Below, piece after piece: positions 53,901 through 62,900 of a DNA stretch of 64,000 bases. The position numbers and the translations under genes were made by a program. The stretch spans positions 54,932,001 through 54,996,000 of the forward strand of contig NC_087249.1 of NCBI RefSeq assembly GCF_037042905.1, read 5' to 3'. The stretch is from Lytechinus pictus (lineage: Eukaryota). The first letter of the stretch is position 1. Each line of letters opens with the position of its first letter. The notes under the pieces were generated by a model. That model saw only the letters and a program-made list of their open reading frames with translations. It was not told the DNA's origin and did not search any database.

Positions 53901-56900
53901 TTTTATTATAACAAGTTTTGTTAAATGAGCCCATGAACTATTAAAGTGACATTGCAGGTCGAGGGTCTGTATGTTTGATCATTCAGCTCAAAACAAGAAT
54001 ACCAGTTCTTTGGTGCTTTATTAACAGACTATTCAATATCACTTTGAGACAGTTCTCTACATAATTCAAATTCACAATGAGAACTTTACTTTTTCTTTAA
54101 AAGATTTAGATATTGTGACTTAAAGAAAGTAATCTGAAAATTCTTTTGAATTGATTAGGAAAAGGAAATTGAATGTGTTTTAGTAATTCTTATTTTCTTT
54201 CCTGTTTTTCTTTAGAGTTCACAGCCCTTATCGCATCCTACTCTAGAGCTGACGGATGGATGGCACAGTATATCAACTATCATAGACCCACCCCTAGCAA
54301 ACTATGTAAGGTCTGGAAAGATCTTATGTGGTACCAAGCTGTGTATATATGGAGCAGAGTTGATTGGATCTCAAGATGCTTGTTCTCCTCTTGAGGTTGG
54401 TACTGTAATTCAACTTTTATTTCTAGATTTTCCTACTTTTAGACAATTTATATGCAAAATGTTCAGGATCTCTTTGCTTAGCCTCATTCTAAGAAACTAA
54501 CTGGTAACGCTGCCTTGAATGATAATAACGCTGAATAGATTGAAAGTTAACGTAGTAATTACCATTGAAACCAAAGTTATTGTTGATGGGAAGTTTTATG
54601 AAATGGCACCTAGAAATGAATATCCATTTACATTAGCTCCTCTCCCCTTGGATTAGTATAATGAGACAGTCTCTACATTGTATATATACCACATTGACTT
54701 GCTCGAATACTCCCCAATTAGTAGAAATATATTCACCAAGTAATGAACAGGGTTATCTCTTTTTTAGGTGCTTGGCAAGTTTTTCTCATTCTTGGACTGT
54801 ATACATATCATTACTTCCACTGTATTAGTACAGATGAACCTCCCCTTCTCACTCTCTTGCTATCTACTTTACTTCATATAATGTAGTTTGAGCTGAGCCT
54901 TTGAAAGGTTAATGGCCTCTGCTGGCTCCCCCCACATTATTTTTATTAATTACTTATTTTCTTTAATGTATATTTCTGTAAATGTAATCATTTATTATCA
55001 AATTGGAAATAAAGAAAATAATTCCTCGAAAATCATGCACATTTTGATTCTAGATTCCAGAAAGTCTGAAACTGAAGATAGCGGCCAATTCTACCAGACG
55101 TGCACGCTTTGATGCAAGACTTGGTCTCCAATGTGACCCCCGACCTTTCCCCCTCCCTACGACCTCTCTGCATCCTGATGGTGGTAGTGTAGGGTGTATA
55201 GATGTTCTCATCCTTAGGACATACCCCATGCAGGTAAGATTGATATTGTATTGCATGGCTCAGAATGGGATACCAGAAATATTCCCCAAGTTAGGAATTA
55301 TTACACAAAATGTAGATGAGTGCAATATTGGCATTACAAATCAAATATTTAATCTTTATAGTAAAAGCCATCCAATATATTTATTATTTCAAGTTTTCTT
55401 AATGATCATTTTCCATTAGACTTTATAATACGGCATGATATTGCAAAGCAAGTTTTGTACATTCACATTTCGGTGCTATGTGTAATATGATCTGATATTG
55501 CACAGTACAGACGAATTATGAAGACTGAAATGTTATCGAAATCAGACGTAAAATAAGAAGTTACAATATTTAAGAAATTTTGCGTATTTTCCACAACAGT
55601 GTATTCTGTAATATAAGGATGTATTGTAATCTAATGTTTAGTTCATGGAGAAACTCCCAGAGGGGGAAGTGTGTTCAGTATACTGTAATGATGGTATAAT
55701 AATGTTTGTTTCTTAATGTTTAGTTCATGGAGAAACCCATAGAGGGGGGAAGTGTGTTCCGCATACTATAATGATGGTATAATAATGTTTAGTTCATGGA
55801 GAAACTCCCAGAGGGGGGGGGGAGTGTGTTCCGAATACTTTAATGATGGTATAATAATGTTTAGTTCATGGAGAAACTCCCAGAGGGGGGGAAGTGTATT
55901 CCGCATACTGTAATGATGGTATAATAATGTTTAGTTCATGGAGAAATTCCCAGAGGGGGGAAGTGTGTCCAGTATACTGTAATGATGGTATAATAATGTT
56001 TGTACGTTAATGTTTAGTTCATGGAGAAACTCCCAGAGGGGGGAAGTGTGTTCCGAATACTGTAATGATGGTATAATAATGTTTAGTTCATGGAGAAACT
56101 CCCAGAGGGGGGAAGTGTGTCCAGTATACTGTAATGATGGTATAATAATGTTTGTACGTTAATGTTTAGTTCATGGAGAAACTCCCAGAGGGGGGGAAGT
56201 GTGTTCCGAATACTTTAATGATGGTATAATAATGTTTAGTTCATGGAGAAACTCCCAGAGGGGGGGAAGTGTGTTCCGCATACTTTAATGATGGTATAAT
56301 AATGTTTAGTTCATGGAGAAATTCCCAGAGGGGGGAAGTGTGTCCAGTATACTGTAATGATGGTATAATAATGTTTGTACGTTAATGTTTAGTTCATGGA
56401 GAAACTCCCAGAGGGGGGAAGTGTGTTCCGTAATGCCAAGGAAGAAGCTAAAGCTGCTACTCTTCATGCCAGTCAGAAACAAAACAAGATGGAGCAACTC
56501 TTTACACAGGTCCAGAAGCAGTTTGAAGCAAAGCAATCTCATAAAGGTATTCAATTCTATCAGTTCTGGGTGAAATCAGATGTCTGTGGCTAATAATAAT
56601 TATTATACCGACATGCTTATACAGCGCATATCACTGCCAAATGCGTCCCTGTGCACTCTTTGAAGAAGACAGAAAAAGCAAAGAAAAGAGAGAAATTTGC
56701 TGGCGATCGTGGCACTAACTCATTTGAAATTCTTTTTGAATAAGTATGTTTTCAAAGTGGATTTAAACTTGGGTGTAGAAGAGTTCTTTGCATATGAGGG
56801 GATGGTATTCCAAAGTGAAAAGGCATTATGTATTTCTGTAGAAATATTATCACTCATGAAGAAAGCAGACTTCCTTGTTTATGCTACATTTGAAAAATGG

Positions 56901-59900
56901 CCCAAATAATAGCCCAAGTATGTCTGTGTGATAAATGTTGTTTGTGTCAGAAAGTAAGTAAAGTAGTCAAAATTTTTCATTAAATCTCAAATGCTTACAT
57001 ATCGTTAAATACCAATTGTAGTTTTGATTGAAGTCCTCAAAACAGTTTATTAATATACTTTTTATTTCTAAAATGATCACAAGAAGGACAAAAACGAAAC
57101 TTAGATACAGTGATTGTTTTCCTAATCTAGCTAATTTATAATCATAGCAACAAACAACATATTTTGAATTCATATTTCCTGATGTACAATCAACCTGTTT
57201 AGAAATGTTGCCAGTGGAGTCAGGTGACCTGTATAGACAGGGTCTAGGACACATATTCCTTTAATCCTAAAAAAAGGCAAGTTATTTGGACCCCTCTCAC
57301 AGCCAGGGGGGGGGATTCTGCCCCCTGAGTTCTCGGCCTTTGATCGCACAAGCGCCGCAAAAATTTGCAAAGTGGTAGTGTGCGATAAAATCTACAAGGC
57401 TGTATGGTTAATTTTTTTAAATACGATTTTTCATTTAATGGATCAATTATGCTAATTTATGCATAAAATAAAACATTTGCTGTAATCAACTATCATACTG
57501 CCCCAAAACTGCTAATTTTTTTATTCACAGACTCTTTGTAGGATCCTGATCAAATGTACTTCAAAAAAAATTTGGTATCGCAATTTTTGATGTCTTTAAT
57601 TGTTTTTATATGCCCGTCCTAGACGGGACGTATTATGGTATCACGCTTGGTGTCCGTCCGTCTGTCTGTCTGTCCGTCCGTTAACTTTTCCTTGTAAAGG
57701 TGATAACTTCAGTTTAACTTAACCTAGGCTCATATAATTTGGTGTGTATAATACTAGCATAGATCCCAGGAAGCCTATTGATTTTTAGGTCAAAAGGTCA
57801 AAGGTCAAGGTCACAGTGACATATTTTCATGTTACCCTTCTGCAGTCGTTGTAAATGCGATAACTTCAGTTTAACTTAAACTAGGCTCATATAATTTGGG
57901 GTGTATGATACTAGCATGGATTCCAGGAAGCCTATTGATTTTGAGGACCAAAGGTCAAGGTCACAGTGACATGTTTTTATCTTACCCTTCTGCAGTCGTT
58001 GTAAACGCGATAACTTCAGTTTAACTTAAACTAGGCTCATATAATTTGATATGTATAATACTAGCATGGATTCCAGGAAGCCTATTGATTTTGGGGTCAA
58101 AAGGTCAAGATCACAGTGACATGTTTTCATCTTACCCTTCTGCAGTCGTTGTAAACGCGATAACTTCAGTTTAACTTAAACTAGGCTCATATAATTTGGT
58201 ATGTATAATACTAGCATGGATCCCAGGAAGCCTATTGATTTTGGGGTCAAAAGGTCAAAGGTCAAGATCACAGTGACATGTTTTCATCTTACCCTTTTGA
58301 AGTCCTTGTTAACGCGATAACATTTATTTATTTATTTATTGGTTTTATTTATTTTATACTGCAGGGTAGGCCTGTTCAGTTATGCAAAACTGCTTTCCAA
58401 AGGCGCCCTGCAGTTAAACAAATAATTCAATATCATAGAAAATCAATGTATGTACCATATGATATAGTAAAAACAGAAAAGATTGTATACATATAGAGTG
58501 AAATCAACAATTACTCATGGAATCATTACATTTACATCAAGTTATTCATTGTAATAACATGTACGACAGTCAGAATTTTAATGATTTACAGTGTTTTTTA
58601 AATGCATGGAGGGATGTGCATTTTTGTATATCACAAGGGAGAGAATTAAATACAACGGCAGCAACATATTCAAAAGATTTTCTTTTAGTTGAACTTAACC
58701 TAGGCTCATATAATTTGGTGTGTATACTAGCATAGATCCTAGCAATTCTATCGATTTTGAGGCCAGAAGGTCAAAGGTGAAGTCGCCATCTTCCACTTTT
58801 CTTGCTTGACCAATAGGTCCATTTTCCGCGGCGTTACAGACGGGCGTATTATGTGCTCGCCTTAGCGACACTCTTGTTTTAATTTCTTAATATGTATTTC
58901 TTTGTTTTTCTACTTTTTATTAATTTTTTTTTTCGATGGAAATTGTTGCAGACTTAATTCTGATCATAAACAAGACAAAATTTATTAAGTTTAATCAGTA
59001 AAAGTAGAAATAATGATACATTTATGAATTGTGGCTAAATACACAATTTGCATCGGATTTGTACATGAATTCATGTTTTTTTTTTCCAATTTCTTTTTCA
59101 CCCACAGTAGGGTGTTTTATTCAATAAACCTTCAGTTTACATGTACATTTGCTTTCACAGTCAATGTGGTTCCAGTCTACATTTGTTTTCACAGTCAATG
59201 TACAGAAATAATCAGATAGTGAGTGTTGAACAGTAGTACAACAATTCATGTTTTTTAGCAGTTTTGGGTCTGACATGCACTTACATAATGTTGCGTAATT
59301 TTGTAACCGCGTACCCGGGCATCGCAAATTTGGCCTCAAAAGTTGTGCGAGATTTGAAAGTTAAACGTCAGCAAGCGGCACGGTGGAAAAAATTTTCACG
59401 GCGGATTTATCGTGAAAAATTTAAAAGGGTTAAAAAGCAAGCCAAATATTGGTGGCCACTAAAGACATGTTTTCAAAATAGACAAATGGCTGCTACATGT
59501 ACAACAGGTTTGACTGTATTTGAATGTCTGTGAAAAATGTGAAATAATGATGCATGTATCATTAAAACAAATATATGTATCTAATAACTTTATATATCAC
59601 TACTAGTATCTTACTACCGGTTTATCAATTTATATTTCCATTCATCCACCAATCTATCTATCTCTATCTATCTATCTATCTATCTGTCTGTCTCTGTCTT
59701 TCTGCCTACCTATCTGTCTGTCTTCCTATCTGTCTGTCTGTCTGTCTCTTTGTCTATCTTTCTAAGTAGTCAAAGGTAGAAGGTCATTGCCATCATCTAG
59801 GAGTAGAAACCCATCTGATTTGGAGAGACTGCAATCAGGGGAAGAACTATTTGAAGCTTTAGAGGCAGCTATTGACCCTTCTGCTTTTGAGGTTAGTCTG

Positions 59901-62900
59901 ATCAGAACCCTGGTTCTATGATTTGTTGCATAGTTGTTACAAACTCAATTGTATAAATCAACTGTACCATTAATCATTAATTTAGTACTAAGGTGGCATT
60001 GCCACAACACACTATTAAATGTAATTTATGTGTGTAATAGTTGTGTTATTTGAGTAATTGTGTAGGATCTGTTCCAGGCATTGAAAAGAGTTACATGTAT
60101 ACATGTACAGGAGAATGAGATACATGTAGGTTATGAGGTTTTTTCTTCTTTATTTGAGAAGAAAATCAACTCTGATTCCAAGCTGGCACTAGCAAAAACA
60201 GAAACAAAAATCAAAAATATTAGTGAAGGTCCACTAAAAATCCACCAAAAGTAGCTGAATTTTTTTTACATCTCCAAATTGACGGCTTGATATTTGCATA
60301 CTAGTCTAGGTCATTTTAATCATAAATAGCCATGATATTGTATTTCTATGTGAGAGTTTTTTTCAGGCTTTCACCTTCCTGTTTTTCTGCTTTAATACAA
60401 ATAATTATATTACCAAGGTTGCCTTCCTCATTAAATGAAATCTGTGATCGGGCTCTACATTTAAATAAAGAAACCTTAAAGTCATTAAACTTGTCTGACA
60501 TCCCTTCTAGATTTTATCAAACAGCTTCTCATACCTTGTTATTTATAAGTTTGCAAACAATATCCTCATTACCCAAATGAGTCTATAGAATTATCTGAAG
60601 ACATAAAACAGATTGCTTATGTGAGGATGATGTGGAGGTTGCACAGGATATGTTTCCCCCATACCTTATGTTCTGGTTTTAGATGGGGTTGTGACACAAG
60701 TGTTAGATATAGTCCTGCTTGATAGGTCTAGAGGGTACCGGTCCAGCATGTGAAAGTAAATGGATTTCTCGATCCGATCCAGAAGACCATCTTGCTATGT
60801 GGTCTTGTGTTATGATTCACATTTACATGTAGATCACTGCAGACTCTCATATTATACAGGCTATGCTTTTGAGTGAATCCACCATTTCCACAGATTTCAA
60901 TGAAATTTATGTATCATAAATTGTCTACCAAAAATATTCCATGTTGTGTAAATGCATATGTTGATTATCACAACAACATATGAAATTAATTTGTATTATT
61001 CTTAATGTTCTGTTGGAAATAAAATCAAATTTGAATACAATTTTTCTTGGGGGGGCGGGGTGTTCCGAAACTAAACTTAAGAGAAGCTATAAAGCCAGGT
61101 TTCGCTGTATCTTCCTTCCTTCCTTCTATCTTTCGTTTAATTATTTATATCTTTATTTTCTAGTCTGATCTGAGTGAATACCAACGTTGTATCCTTCATG
61201 CCTACCAGAGATCAGTCAATGATATGAAACAAGCTAACCTACAAGCAGCATTCAATCAAGCCCTCACTCAACAAAACAAAGAGGTAAAACTAAGTAGCAC
61301 TTACATAAACAAACTCTCTGAAATTGTGAATCGCTTAAACATCGGTCACATTTGCTCTACGGCGGCCGTACGGTGAGTCTAAAACAGCTGTTTTAACATT
61401 TTTTTTGTACCAGCTACATATTCATGATATGGGTGGTTTGAATAAGAATGAATAAAACGGCTGTTTTCTACTCGCCGTACGGCCGCCATAGAGTAAATGT
61501 GACCAAGGTATTAGGACCACACAAACTTTAATGTTAGATAAACGAAACATGATTGGGTGATTCCACGCTCTCGTTGTTTAAATTCACAACCTTATGGTTT
61601 TTGGTATTCAGCTATTTGTTAGCTAGTCGTTTCAATAATGTCTGTGTTGTAGTCTGTCTTGACACATTCATGCCTTCGTAGCAATGTCCTTTCCATAAGA
61701 GATTTGCCCATTAGAATTTCACAATTTATTTTTCTTTTGGAATTTGTATTTTAATTGAAATTTAATTTTTTCCATCATCTTACTCTCTTTCTCTCTCTTT
61801 CCCTTTCTACTTCCATCTTCTCTCTGCCTTTCTTTATCTCTCTTTCCTGCACTCTTTAACTTGTTTCATGTTTGTCTCTTGTGACCTTGTTCCCTATCTC
61901 CTCCTACTTTATTTCTGTATCTTGTCTCTCTTGTTCTTTGTTCTATATGTCTCCTATTCCCTGTCTCACTCTTCTCTTCTTTCTCCCTGTCTCTCTATCC
62001 TCTTTCTCATGCTCCCTTTCACCCACACTCACCATCTCTCCATACTTCAGGGTAAGTTTGAAAGAAATGTAGTTCCTCTCATGAAGGTTCGTGTGGCAGA
62101 CTACAAAGCTTCCACCACCAGGGGGCAGCAGACCACTTTCCTGACCATATGGCGACCTGCAGATGATCTGTTATGCCAGCTTGTTGAAGGGAAACGATTC
62201 AGGATATCATCCTTATCTACCTCAGCAGGAAGGTAATTGCTTTTAAGGTTTAAACTAATATTGTGGATTCATAATGAGGTAAACTATATGTAAGAAAGTC
62301 AAGTTATATTGAGTCAAACTAAGGTAACTGTAGTGCTTCATATTCTATTAAACTAAGGCAAATGGTTTGTATTGAGTTTATCTAAGGTAATTGTATATTG
62401 ATTTACATGTAGACTAAAGTAGCTGCTTGGTCTTGACTTGAAGTAAGGTAATTGCTTTGTATTTGATTAAAGTATGGTAATTCCTTTAATTTTCATAACA
62501 GTCAAGAAAGTTTTAAGATATTATGGTGTTTCAAAAATTATAAGAGGAACCCTCTTATGAAGTGAATGTTCAAAGAAAAGCTGAACATTTTTCATAAACA
62601 TCAAAGCAAAATTGATGGATATCCTTGACATGTTGACATGGTTGTCATTCTGTAAAGTTTACTTTTTATCAAGTTATACATATATATATATTTTCACTGA
62701 AATAGTGAGAAGGAAATGTATTTCTTATATATTTTTTGTTGCGCCTCCCTCATAAAACCAGAGGACGGAGACCTTTTAATTTTGTTGATTGCGTAGGTAC
62801 ATAATTTGCTACATGATTTACCAACTCTTGTGTCATATCCCGAAGCCTGGTGTACCATTGTTGATTCATTCTCGGATGCGTCCGATTTTACAGTGTAGTC

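Noticed and set aside
55630-56430. CRISPR-like appearance of the regularly spaced repeats
   Set aside because: No unique spacers and no cas genes; the unit is a copy of the BRCA2 intron/exon junction.
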